A stretch of DNA of 63,224 bases, counting the filler, from Choristocarpus tenellus KU-1152 (taxonomy: Eukaryota; Protista; Phaeophyceae): the NCBI GenBank assembly GCA_964200185.2. It is 13 parts of 13 records of this genome, joined end to end, with 100 filler letters (N's around TTAATTAATTAA, not from the genome) between each part and the next. Parts side by side here need not be neighbours in the genome. Positions count along the whole stretch, not along the records: positions 26,865 to 41,303 come from CAXNAD020001190.1; 12 more parts are not named here. One strand, written 5' to 3'. Positions 26,889-39,750 of this stretch are shown in pieces. Below the pieces are notes generated by a model. It was not told the origin of the DNA. It made no database searches and saw only the letters and a program-made list of their open reading frames with translations. Within the stretch, counting starts at the first letter, position 1. Every line of letters begins with the position of its first letter. Position numbers and translations under genes: made by a program.

Positions 26889-27992
26889 TAAGGAACATAA
26901 CTAGTTGTTTTTCACAAAAGGATATCCTATCGAAAGTTTAAAGGAATATGCGCCAGGATCTGGAGAGTAATCTCATTATTGTAGGCACCCCTAGTGGATG
27001 TCTGCTTTTGAAAAGAATACAAGCACAACTGCTAACACAAAGACAGGGATATGATTGTTAGGAGCACTATGTCAACAGCAGTGTTGTCATCATTATATAG
27101 GGATGGGCCAATGATCGCTGCTTTATAGGGGGTATTTCTGGGATTATACTTCATCAACATCGATGGGAAGAGAGTTTGGCAATCATCGGACAGAGGCAAA
27201 TCTATTATTGCAAAAACTTTGCCACAGAAGTTTTTCTGTTCACTTGGTAGTAATTTATTTGCCAACTAATGCCAACTAGAGTGGTACAAACAAGTAAATG
27301 TGCTTGTGAGGAGTTGGAAAAGCGAGGGGAAAGCTAAGACAGAGATGACAGTCCGTCAAGCTGATCTTTATTTCAATGGTGACCTCCCAAAGTAGTCTCC
27401 ACAATGCTTAGCCTCAATTTAATCCTCCATTGACCACAATTGTGTCACGGCGATATCGTCAGACCACCTCGAATTGAAACCTGAGGGTGTCTCACTGCGC
27501 ACAGTAGGGTAGAGCGTATCTGTGACGAACTTGGAGCTCAAAACCGAAGGCTCCCAATCTCCTCATTAGAGAAGGGGATAGAATTTGAGACAATAAGATG
27601 TTCATATTATAATCACTTGCATTGTAGTTATTTCTTGTAGAACTTCAGTCAGGCCTATTGGAGTGTAGGAGAAAGGGTTATTGAATTAACTGTTCTACAA
27701 AGGGTGTGAATGAAAGCAAGACGTAACAGTGAGGGGATTTCCAGTGCTAGGAGTGCGTTGCTGCAATGTGACATTACCTTGAGCATATTGATTTGGTGTT
27801 ATTGTACACTTGTCTTCATCTCTAAGGTCTGATAGTAATACTTGGAGTACTAGTACCTTGTTGCCAGGACACAAATTCGTTGCCTTTCTCACTTCTACTA
27901 GTGCCAGATCCATAACCACTACTATATTCATCCCTCTTCAAGTAGCAAGCTTTCCTTCCTCCCCCCTGCCATTGTTTTCCATTTTTGCACAG

Positions 27993-30915
27993 GTGTAATA
28001 TGTGGGAAGGACCAGAGACCCCACAGGTGTGGTTGTCTGCCTTGGCTCGCCGAAAGGCGTCCTTGACTCGCTGGGCTGCCATCTCCACCAAGAGTTCTCT
28101 CCTGAATGAGCCCGTAGACCTTAGCACCTTATTCAACCCGAGCACATTCCTCAATGCCGTGCGACAGCAGGTACTGTCTATAATTAATATAATATTTTCG
28201 ATTGTCCTAGTTGAGACTCTCAGAGATGGAGTTTGCGGAAGCATTGAGGGCGCGGCTGGTGAAGCTATGAATTCACAACTTCGACTAGACAACACTAACT
28301 CTTACAAATGCTGTTTTTGGACGCCTTGGTATTGTTCCAACAAGCCATTCCTTCCCTTACACACTTCTTTCTCCACTATGTTGCTGCATGAAATTGAGAT
28401 AATCCTGTTGTCATTAGTAGGTTGAAGGATTGTGGTTAGACTATACCTATCTTTATTGATCTCTCAAGCATGAGCAAGAACACAGAATTGGTCAGAGCAT
28501 GTTCCAGTTGCATGCACCAGTGTTGAAGGAGCCCCATCCTGTATTAATCACATTGTACAACATAATTGTACATCCACACAGTTAATGGACAACTATCTCT
28601 TCCTTATCACTGATGAAATTCGGCATATTTTCCTCTCTGAGGAGAACAGAGTCTTTTTAGAATTTTGGTTCAGAACTGGTGATAATTCAAATGATTCCAC
28701 CTGCTTCTACTCATATCTGGTCCATTGATTCGGACATATTGTAGAGACAGAATATGTCAGGGTGAGCTGTTGCATGCACAGTCAAGGCAAGCATCCTAGC
28801 GATTTGATCTCCAACTCCTTTGATTCGGACCAACTATTCTCTGTCTTTTCCGTCATACCTCTACATTTCCTTTTTTGTCCACCTATATCAACTAGACTGC
28901 ACGACTATTGAAGTGCAGTATGGATGCACTTAAACTGGTGTCTTGCTGGGAACCCGGGAGATTAAAATCTGCCGCTCTGCCTGTTACTGTGGAGGGACTG
29001 AGGTGCATATTGTGGTTGTGACAGTGCTTCCAGTTGGGGGTTAGAGTGCATGTGTATTTCCCCACCATACCCTCTAGTTCCAACCTGTTGATCTCATGCC
29101 GTTGAAAGTAAGTGTCAACAAATTCTACTCCTTTCCTAGAGCCAATAAAATGCCACCCAAATGCAACAAGCTCCAGATTTTTCCAGCGTTCATCCTGTGC
29201 ACCCTATCCACTGCTGTGCTCCTTGGATGTGATATATACTGCGGCAAAATGGGAGCAGAGAACAGTCTGCGTAGGAACCTGACATGGTTGTCATTCTGGA
29301 TGTGCATAGAGCAGTGGGCTAGGTAGAAGATGTTCGTAGACTAGCTGGATAGGAGAAGGATGAGAGGTAGAAATTATTTTTACCGTCCCAATATGGCGAC
29401 TGACTTGAGTCGCAATGTTTCAGACACCTATTTGTCTTCAATCACTATCATCTTCTGTAACCATGGATCACCAATCCCTTATGTATATTTCCCTTGTCCA
29501 ATCATGTAATAACAACATTGCTTGAACCAACAGGCTACAGGGGGCTGCCTTCAGTGGTGGATCGCTACACCAACAGTCACCAAATGACCCAGAAGTAGCT
29601 GGAGTTCCAGACCTGACTCTGGCGTACGTTCCCAAAGAGAATCCCAACCCATATCAGGTATCTGTCTGCTCTAGTGGAGGTAGAATTCTTGAGGCATGCA
29701 AACGCTTGTGTTTACGCATCTATTTAGATTATTTTATGCCCACTGATATTTTGCAGATATTTTGTGGGGGTGACAATAAGCAAAATACAACACAGGGAAT
29801 AAAACGAAAACAGTAACAGGCTGCACTGCTTGCAATAAAGGTCTTCCAGTACACCATCCATAGTTGTATATTTGAAAGCAAGAAACCACCTTCGTATAAA
29901 CGAGAAACCTATGTACTGGTGATGGCATCTGATCTGAAACAAAGAAGGAACACATATGAAACATGCTACTGAAAACTACAACAAGATGATACTATGAAGG
30001 CAGTCCACGAGGGAATAGTTCCATGAGTCAGCCAAGCCCTGCATCACCAATTGGTTTAGTGGCCCATAGCATCCTAGAGGGTGAGGGGGGATAGTTCAAG
30101 TCGTCTTTTCGGGGCTTGGTGAGATTTTGCCAACCACCACAGTTTGATGCCCGTTTTGCTTGTGATTTTCCTTCGGATTTGGGCCAGGTAGGGAGATAAA
30201 AAAGGAAGGTGCACCCAGATCAAGGAAGTTTCCCATACATCTGACACATTCTCTCAAATGACATCAAAAACACTATAGATTGATAAAGTCCGAGAACGGA
30301 TGCCTGACCCCCCATTAGGATACTATGGGCCCAGTGCCTCCAGCTGGAAGCTTACGATTACTGCTTGTGCCAGGATGAGACAAACCCACAGTGGTACCTT
30401 GAACTTTCCCTACCTGCTGAAACCCTCTTTTGTGAATTGCTTGTGTTGCTTCATGTTAGATTGGGCAGTGTGGTGTATGCATGGGTGATGAGTGCCCAGA
30501 ATGCTCTACTGAGTATCTTCTTCAAAATAACAGTTGTACACCTACAAATTCTTACTAGTGTAAGAAACAGTCTGGCAGAAATTCTCGTGGCAGATTGTGG
30601 TATGGAGATTGTCAAACCAAGCAGCAACGTCAAATATATGCTAGACCAAGGCCACACCATGACAATTTGAATAACCAAGGCAGCACCTTCAGTTTAGTTT
30701 ACGAAATTGCCGTAACTTGTGAGATGAAACATGCATTGTAACCACTGAAAGCCATTCCAACAAACTCTCCAATGGAACAGGCTGGGCAGGCAATCGAGGT
30801 CCCCCTATATTTTGCTCTCAATCGTGAGCGCCTACTGGTGGAAATTTCAATGCCGACAAAGGAGTCTCCTGATACATGGATACTTGCAGGGGTAGCACTC
30901 TTCCTGAAGGATTGA
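27993..30915 (+). CDS. DYNC2H1: Cytoplasmic dynein-2 (IFT dynein) heavy chain, last four exons: 27993-28170, 28896-29002, 29534-29657 and 30781-30915 (stop)
   Basis: Phase-compatible GT-AG exons translate to CNMWEGPETPQVWLSALARRKASLTRW...LLNEPVDLSTLFNPSTFLNAVRQQ/TARLLKCSMDALKLVSCW...VEGLR/LQGAAFSGGSL...PNPYQ/AGQAIEVPLYFALNRERLLVEISMP...WILAGVALFLKD*. This matches the dynein-2 C-terminus as I recall it (WEGPE, DLS.LF.P.TFLNA.RQ.TAR, WI..G.ALFL). Confidence 0.93.
30061..30331 (+). mobile_element. MITE family E (homologous to 49481-49720 in the opposite orientation), in the last dynein intron
   Basis: TIRs GGCCCATAGCATCCTA / TAGGATACTATGGGCC, flanks TAGT/CAGT. Internal cagtttgatg.ccgttttgc...aaaaaggaaggtg is shared with the other copy. 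Confidence 0.8.
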
Positions 30916-33647
30916 TACTTTCCCCACAAATATTCAGCATTGTTTTGATTAGTACAGTGGTAGCATGAATAGAGACACTAACGTTCTTGCTAGAGTTATC
31001 CTACCATATCCAGTCAGTGGAAGGACCTCATCTCCAATGACTATTGCACACCTAAGGTGTTTCTAGCAAGGCTTGTCGCAGCAAACGGATACAAATTGTG
31101 ACTAGGAACCTCTAGGTGTCATTGTGGAGGACAGTTCGTTTGTTGCTTCCTCGTGCATGTGTGCAGTCCGAAGTGCATCTCTAATTAGTTTTGGCAGTAC
31201 CACCTTTGAGTGAAAAGCTGAGTATTTTCGATACTGACGACCTGTCTGGATACTGATTCTCAATTTCGAGGTAAGGCTAGACATTCTAGGTCATGGGCAT
31301 TTGCCCGTGTCACATGGCTTGGAGCGTGGAAATAAGTGGTTTTAGGCTATAGGGCTATGAAGAGGAAGGATAGAGGTGTTTGTTCTTTTCAAAGCATTTT
31401 CTCTTTAGAAATTTATAGTTGAATATGGAGTGTGTCAGAGGAAGACTGGATAGAGATTGATATGTATTCCATCTTGTAGCTAGGAGATGACGAAAAAGAA
31501 CTGCTATCCAACTACTTTTAATGGTAGTAGTGTAAGATATTTATTCATTTGTAATTGTTCGTGCAAATACGTGAGATGTTGGATGTCCAAGTCAAGCAGA
31601 CCAAAGAATAATCAAAACCACAGATAGGAACACTAATCAAGTATCAATTAAGCGACATGACCAGCGTGTTTGCATGACCAAGATGGAGGAATATGGCATC
31701 TCTACGGTCTCATGTGCACAACCTCATGCACGGTGGGATACAGACACCTATGCCATAGGTGGCATAATAATCTCCAAGGACACACCTACTTGTTGCGTGT
31801 ATTTCATGCTCTGGAATACTCTCTGGACTGCTTGGCTACTATAACAGTAATCGACGCCCAGGGAAACTAGATGTGCGGTCCCAAAAAAACATGCGCACTG
31901 CTGTTGCACAAAACCCCAGAATGCTTTCGCAATACTAGAACAACCCCTTTTGAAGTATTATCAGTTGGCAGTAGAGTGCAGTTCCTGTAGACAAGACTGT
32001 GAGAGGGAATCGTGGGCACCCTCATCAGCAGAAAACCACCATTTAGCAGTAGGGTGAAAAACCCAGCATGCGGTGACTTGTATATGCACTGATCTTCCTA
32101 AATTGTAGGTTTTATACGAAATGATAAAAATGAAGTTCGTACCTAATGGACCATTCTTAACCATATCCAAGAACACCGTACTCTTCCTTGTCCTTATACT
32201 TCGAAGTACTGAACACATACCTGACTACTCCAGTCTGGTTTCGACAAATTATTATCCAAAGTTAGTGTAGCGCTATAGATTGTACTCCCTGCATTATCAA
32301 TATTATCCTATCTGTCCCCCTATACTATATAAGCGCTGGACAAAGAACGAGGGGGCAAGAAATCCTTGTTAGTTGACACCTATGCGGGTCCAGCACAAAA
32401 TTCAAGCAGAAGGCGAATTTACAACGACCGTTGGGATGGCCGAACCCAATCCATGATAGGCAATGCTCGAAAGGAGGCATTATAGTTAAGTGTAGTGCAA
32501 TTGCTACTTTCAATAGTCAGTATGAGAAGGAGTGCAGTGTGGGTAGTGCCTTCTGACCACAGTAGTTCCCCACACTAACGTGAACGGAATTGCAAAAACA
32601 ATTTGCACACATCATCAGGAGAATCATCAATGATTAATGTCCCTCATGTTGGACTTCTGGAACCTGTGGTATAATTTATCCCATACTTACCACAATAATT
32701 GATCTCGACATTTTAGAACTACCTGCAGAAGATTGTCTACTAATCAACATAACTTCGCATATATATCAGCAACACATAGAAGGAAGGATTGCCGTCATAC
32801 CTACTAGCAATTTCGACAACGTAACTCCTTCACCTGACTGGGCAAATTGTCTTATACAGTTTCAACCTGCTTATCACCAATCATCGGGGCTCGTTTAGTG
32901 AGTTGGTGAAACTCTCTTGTCTTTGAACTCACAACGTATATACATTGAATTAAATATCTAGTTTATTGACATTTTGGAGATGATACATTACGTCTCACAA
33001 ATATTTTGCCAACTGATTTGCACAAATGAATTGAATCATGATATGTACAATATTTGTATGTGAAGGTTGAAGGAGTGGTGAAGATGTACAAATCATTTCT
33101 ACCCAGGAACCTTGTGTCACAAATCATGTACTGAGTACAATTCGATGTTATTGAGGAATCAAGTAAAAAATCCCAATTTGTCGACATAACCTTGTTGGTG
33201 CTTGATACCATCAATATTATTACCCCCACTGGTAAATGTAATAAGAAGACGAAAAACTAGAGTCTCTTACTGGCGTATTTTCTCACCGGACTAGGTACCT
33301 GTGGGGACTGAACCGCAAGTTGGGGTGGTATGATTATTTCCCGAAAGGGCGAGATCCTGGGGACAGCACATTTCCTTGCATGTGTTGGGCAATATCTTGT
33401 GCACGCAGTGCAAAGAAACCACAGATGGATATAGTGCATCATCACTACTTTTTCAACTCACCATCCTTCCAAAATCAAAGATACATGGACTCCTAATGAA
33501 CGTACTCATTCACGGACTAAACATTGAGCAGTGTATACAAGGGCAAATCACCAATACCAAAGAAGCACCATTTACTTCAGTAGATCTGACATTGGCATAC
33601 TTCACCACATTCAAACAACTGCTTGCTACCTGATACTCATTGTGCTT

Positions 33648-33806
33648 GGTAGGATATTTCCAATTTATATGTTAAGAAAAGGTGTGTCCGGAACATGGAT
33701 ATTGACACTTCCTAACAAACATGATAGCCAAAATTAAATCAAAATTGCAACATCGGATTTTGGCCCCCAAATGGACGCGGCTCTACCCTCTAAGATACTG
33801 CGTCTC
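33648..33806 (+). mobile_element. MITE family A, 5'-truncated copy
   Basis: aaaaggtgtgtccggaaca.ggatattgacacttcctaacaaaca...ccccaaatggacgcggctctaccctctaagatact. Confidence 0.88.
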
Positions 33807-34528
33807 TTTGGGGGTGCAAGCTGCCAGCATGGTGATAGGAGCTGGAGATGCTAATAGGGATGCATGCAGAGTAGTTAGCACAGACAAAAGAAGATAGTGA
33901 TCTTTGCAGGGTGCATCAGGCATCCTTTGTTACAGAGATCAATTTTCAGGAGGCGGTGGAGTGTCCATATATAAAATATCCACTGACATATCAGCAGTAA
34001 AGCCTCAAAACCATGCTTGCCACCAGGCTGCTATTGCCCTCATTGTGTTCAGAGGGAATATGGAGCTACCTTGACCTGCTTGTTCACAGATGCAAGTAGG
34101 GCACTGCATCTGGGGACTAAGGAAACTCTAATGGATGCCTTGTATAGAAATGCCTTCATTAGGTGAGATGGGCGGGAGATTTACATTCAGCAAGCAATTC
34201 TATTGTGGAAGGGAGGAGAATAGAATGGATACAAAGTTAATGACAAAATAGCAGCCATGAATTTAAACTCCTCTATTCATACACTGGTCTGACTCAGATG
34301 GTAATAAGCCTGTTATTCCTCCTATCCTGTACCACACATGCAGCAATAGGCTCTATGCTCTGAGCAATATAGAAGAAAATCAATCCGCACCCCAACCCCC
34401 ATCCATGGCCATTTCATCCTCTTCTGCTCTTTGCTCTGAGTAAATCAGAAAAGAAAACAACTTCCATGCTGCCACATTATTGGGGTCAACTCTTCAACCT
34501 CAAGATACTTGCCAACTTGAAGCACCTC

Positions 34529-37500
34529 TCAGGGACTGTTGCGCTTCCTTTTGATAGACAGTTCCAGTCCATTTGAAGCACGTCGGGCTGTAAAAGCTGA
34601 ACCGCTCTGTAAAGGACGGCCCGCAGGACCATATGCATTCTTGAAGCAGCCACCCTCCTTGTGCCTCATGTCCCAGCACGACATAGGGGTTCCCTCCACA
34701 GACTGCTGCCGCATGAGCATAGGTGTGTACTCAGGGCTGGTGCACATGTGGAATGATGCATCACACACCGAGCAGTACGCAGTACAATAGCTTAAAGATT
34801 TGTTTAGGAAGGCTGTGCACACCTTGCAAGTCCTCTTCCGTCTCCCCACTGGCACTAGGGGGTCATCTCCTAGTCTTGTAGGAGTGTGCATGTCATGGTT
34901 GGTCTGGGTGGGCAGGCATTGATATATAGGTGGGTTAGACAATATTGAACTCAATGGAAATCATATTTTGGTTTAGAGTCTACTTTACTGTGAAAACGGA
35001 AAATACGCTTAGAGTAATATTGATAAATGAATGCATCCACTATCGTGATTGCTTATTTCATTGATATATATTTTAGGAGGGATAGAGAAGCCAGTCAATT
35101 CATGAAACGCACTGAAGTGAGGGGACAGTGGCATTTGATTTACTTAAGTATACAGTTAGAGTAAGCAAGGTTAAAGATACAACAAGTTGATGTCCATGCG
35201 ACCAGGAATGCTTTGTGACCAGAAATGAGTGTAGAAGACTTAAACCTCAGTACAAACTAACATGAAAATACGCTAACCTCAATGATCCGAACATACCAAG
35301 AACAAAAGAATACTGACCTTGACAGGGATAGGGACCTTGACAGGGACAGGGACCTTAACAGGGACAGGGGCAGGAACAGAGACAGCAGGAATCTGAAAAC
35401 TTTCAAAACGAAGGAGCTGGCCACACAGCACATCCAGGAACAGCCCATGCGAGAGTTTGGGCATTTTGTAGTGACTCCTCTTCATGTTGTACGCTATGAA
35501 TGCATTAGTGTATATCAAGTCCATAATCCATCGCCACAACTTCATATACCACTTAGTGGACTCATGGGAGCAAGCCACGCTTGCCACTGAGCTGAGGAAG
35601 TTGTTCTTGTCAATCTTGAACATGCCATTCTGATACCTTCCTGTCACATCTGCTGCAGATACCATACGCACACTGCCGTCATTCCGTTTTCGCTTCACAT
35701 ATCCCATTTGCCCCCCTCCAGCCGTGGATAAGAAGTGCACGGGCTTGGCACCCATCCATCCAACAGCAAGCATGCCCATCTCAGCATTGTATGCCCGCCT
35801 TACAGTACCTCTCTCAACCTTCTCCTTCTTACCTATGACAACCTCCTTGGGGAGCCCACTGTGGTTAATCCTTGCTGTGCCAATTGCCAGTATGCCCCTA
35901 AGCTTGAGTGCTTCAAAGAGTTCTACTGAAGTGTACCGGTTGTCAGAAAATAGCACCCTCTTGCCCATAGGGTCGTTGTACAGGTCTACCATATTGCGGA
36001 GGGCAGAGGTTGTGGAGAGTCCATCGTTGATAGTATCACCGTTGCAATCTTGGTACTCCCCATCAGCATTCTTACACAAATTGACCTCGAACCTGTCAAT
36101 GAAACAAGTTTCACAACACCTCCGGGAAAGTATCTTGAAGCAGAACTTCTGGGGCAAAGACCAGCAGGATATGAATACATGAGGGGTATATATGAGCCAT
36201 GCGTTACAGACAGGGGTCAGAAAGCTTGACAGAGCAGGGCATAGCAAAGATAACCAATGTTGTGAAGGAAGGATGCATAAGGACGTATATGAAGAATTAC
36301 TTTTCTCATATACTAGAAATCTGGGGGAGAAAAGGGTCAAATCATTAAGGTGAAGCAAGATAAACACTACAGTATCTTGGACCACATGTCCAACATGGGG
36401 CATCCACCAACTCACAGAAACACAGCAAAAATCGGGTCCTGTCCCATGCACCCATCAGCAATGTACAGATGTCACTAAACCAAAACAAAAAACACAAAAA
36501 AATGGTGCTACATACAATGCTTCGTGGCTCCATGAACCCTGATCTTCCTATCACCTACCTTGTCTTTGTTGAAGGACTTGCACAGAATCCTTCTGCTTTG
36601 AGAGTCAATTCCAGCCTCATTGAAACATACATCGCGGCCCATCTTAAAAGCAGCCTTAGCTGCCTTCATGGTAGCATCCATGAAGTCGCGCAATTGATAG
36701 CATTTGTCATGCGAATTAGGTGGCTTCAAGTCATTGTCTTTGAAGTGCCATGCCGCCCGGATTTGCTTGAACCGGTGCTCAGACATCACATTTCCAGCTG
36801 TGCCCCCCAACAGAGCTCCATAAAGATCCACATCAGAGAAATGCTCTGAATCCTTCTTCAAGAACCTTGGTGATGCCCACATACGACAGACATCCCCAAA
36901 CTGTTCCTTCTGCAGAGCCCACTGCAACTCAAGACCCAGATACCGCATGTACTCTCTCACAGTAACATCATCTTCCCACTCGCTTCCACCAAAACCATTC
37001 TCATCCATGTTTTTCCTAGCGTAGTTGTTGGTTTCCATCACACATCTCCTTACCTCGTCCTCAGGCAACCCTACTGTGAGGACAGCTGATAGTGGGTCCT
37101 TAATGCTGGCAAGTGCTGCAGCCCTTAGACCGGATCTATGTGGATAATAATCACTGTCCCCTACTTCTGGAACATTCACGTGCATATCCCTGTTAGTCTG
37201 CCCTTTAACCTCCTTCCATTCCTCCCCTCCAAGGCTTGGCGCTGGTCCTAGCAGATCATCCTCCTCCTCGTCAGATATGTCAACGGTCAGTCTCATACCA
37301 TGAATGAAAGGGTCGTCATCGTCGATAGAGTTCAAATCATCATCGGAGGTGGGCATCGCGCCAACACACGAAGACTCTGATCGAGGACTTTCTGGCGGTG
37401 TGGTGGCGTGGGGAACAGGATGGACTTGCAGAGGCGACACGGGTTCATTTGTTGTGGATAGTGCACTACTTGACCCTCGCCCTGATGCACTTCTCGCATC

Positions 37501-38070
37501 CCGGTCCCTGCATTCGCCTTGGGTAGGACTTCTGCTGCCCCGGCCCCTTCTTCTCCCCCTTCCCCGTTCCCCAGCTGCTACACACCCGCCATGAATGGTT
37601 CCTCTTAGCCCCGTTTGCCTCGCCTCCTCATTTGGATAGTGCAGTGCAAACATAGCCCGTGCACCCTTCACAATGTTGCAGTCGTTGGTGGTCCAGCAAC
37701 TTTCGGGGGGGGTGTCACTCCTTTCCGATAGAGTGTCATACCGCCGAAGAAGAGCGTTGTGCGAACATGTATCCCACATCACTGTGTACATTTCCGTACC
37801 AGCACTACAGTTTGGGACGGATGTCACCTTTCCCTTGACCAGCAGCTCTGGATGAACTAGGTCTCCTTCCCCCAACAGCAGTCTTGAACTGACCAAGATA
37901 CCCTGGTTTCTTATCTTTATTTCTGACCTGCTGTTGCTGCTACCGCCGTCGATATCTTCGATCATCTCTGCAGGGGTCATGACAGTATCTTGATGTTCTT
38001 TGGAGGGGGTAGTCCCACTGACCTGGATTTCCATCACTGAAGACATACTCCCTCCTGCGACTGTGGACAT
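34529..38070 (-). CDS. piggyBac-type (DDE_Tnp_1_7 / PGBD-like) transposase-derived protein of about 905 aa; exons 38070-36559, 36148-35318 and 34903-34529
   Basis: Motifs include ETNNYAR, VMSEHRFKQIRAAWHF, DKCYQLR, CFNEAGI (D1 position), NKDK/KFCFK, LFSDNRYTSVELF..L...GI.AIGTAR, W..KPVHFLST, YQNGMFKID, KWYMKL...NAFIAY and a C-terminal RKRTCKVC...YCSVC...HMC...C cysteine-rich domain. Both introns are phase 0 (AAG|gtaggt..ccccag; AAG|gtcagt..cacccag) and the joined frame has no stops. Confidence 0.88.
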
Positions 38071-38515
38071 GGATGAGGCGGCTGCAATAACGCGCAGGTC
38101 CCTCTACTACATAAAGTCTCTGATCCTGCCACCGTATGCGTGTTGGGTAAGAGAACCCAACACGAAATCCCTAAGACCGATAGTATTGTGGTATTTGTTG
38201 TATTCCATACTTGATGAAGTGATATGTTGTGTGTCTGTTGTATTGATCACACAATGTGTGTGGGTTGATAACATTCAGAACACGAATTTAGTATAGGTAA
38301 CAATCGATAGAGGACCATAATCTTCTCTCAATTACAAATTACTATTTCTTAGTACGTGGTATATTGTATCATATGTTTTCCTTGCAGTGACCCTATTTTT
38401 TGTGTAACCGATTCCCCAACCTAACAAATCAGACAACTTTTAAAGAGTAAGTGTTTGTGATGATCGTTCTACTTCAATTACATGTAGTTAGGATAGAAAA
38501 CGAAGTTTTGATACC

Positions 38516-39156
38516 AGACATGCCCGCACCTGCCCCAGGGCAGGGGGAAAGGTACGACAGCACACTCCAATGGTTAAACGCCTGCACGAACAATGCAAAG
38601 GGATGGGTATCCCTTGCACTACGGAGGATGGTAGCCCTTTCACAGGGGTCAGGAATCTCCGCATGGACCTGGTGTTCCACGCAGGAGCACTAGCGGATGC
38701 CGGAACAGCTCCCTACAGGGACAAAGGTCTTCTGCTAGACGCCACCTTCGCAGAGGTACAGGCAACCTCCCACCTAACCCACTCATCCACAAGCAATGGT
38801 GTAGCTGCTGCTGCAGCCGAGGCGCGAAAGCGCTTCCACTACGAGGGCTCGTTTGATCCTCGTAATTATAACCTCAACACCCCTGCGGTGGAAGTTTTGG
38901 GCGCCTCGGCAAGCAAGCAGAATGCTTCCTGGATGAGCTAGCTACTCACATGGTAGGGGGGAGAGGAGCTGGAGGATATTGCAGGAAAGGAGTAGTTAAA
39001 TCCCGGCTACGCCAAGTCGTTTCGGTGACTACGCAAGTGGCATTGTCTCGACGTGTCATGCGCTTTAAACTAGAGTCACCAGGGAGATCGGCACGGAGGG
39101 GTTTGTTGGATTCTTGGGATGTCTCCCTAGCTCCCTACCCCAGGGCGCAGGAGTAG
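38516..39156 (+). mobile_element. 5'-truncated non-LTR retrotransposon 3' end with a restriction-like endonuclease (CRE/R2-type), one frameshift
   Basis: HARTC (second half of the CCHC knuckle), then RQH...GIPCTTE..PF...RMD...LLDAT...AAAEARKRFHY...PAVE-[frameshift about 38897]-GRLGKQA..FLDELA. This is the canonical RLE motif order. Confidence 0.85.
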
Positions 39157-39183
39157 ATAGATAAGAAGCACAGGAAGACAGTA

Positions 39184-39750
39184 GTACAATATTGATAATG
39201 GTGAAGTAACTGATAGATTAGTGGTGCTTTTCACACTTACAGTGTTTTATAGCATTTTCACATTTATGATATTTTATTTCTTTAGAGCTAATAATGACAT
39301 ATGTATAGTTTTCATTGGTTTCCCCCCTGACACATCAGCAAAATGTCAGAGGGCATAATAATATAATAGAAAACGAAGATAATGATGAAGAGCAAGAAAT
39401 AACAATCTGGGTTGGGATCAACTACAGTTTGAAATATTCATTATTTTAGCAAGTGCAATTGAATGTGACGTTCACAAAAGAAAATGGTTTGGAGTAGTAG
39501 TTCGTTCTTAGAGTCTACTATTATAAATGGTGATACATCTTATTATCCCCTCTGACGTATTGGAGATAGTTCAGGGGAAAAACTGATGAAAAGGCAATTG
39601 AGTATCAGAACCCCTGAAAAATGGTGATCGTACAATATTGATAATGGTGAAGTAACTGATAGATTAGTGGTGGTTTTCACATTTATGATATTTTATTTCT
39701 TTAGGGTTAATAATGACATGTATAGTTTTCATTGGTTTTCCCCCTGATAC
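39184..39750. repeat. Family D cluster: direct copy (39184-39360), inverted copy (about 39540-39620) and direct copy (39630-39750)
   Basis: gtacaatattgataatggtgaagtaactgatagattagtggtg...gttttcattggtt..ccccctga occurs twice, with a reverse-complement core between the copies. Confidence 0.85.

Noticed and set aside
21673-30915. Joining the 21673-22365 exons to the dynein exons as one gene
   Set aside because: They are separated by two artificial linkers, and the peptide is not dynein-like.
35282-35590. Plus-strand ORF with DRDRDL repeats
   Set aside because: It is the antisense shadow of the VPVPVK repeat in the piggyBac-like exon 2.
39700-39712. AGGGTTAA as a piggyBac terminus for the PGBD-like gene
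   Set aside because: It lies inside a family D repeat whose sister copy reads AGAGCTAA, and no matching TTAACCCT was found on the other side.
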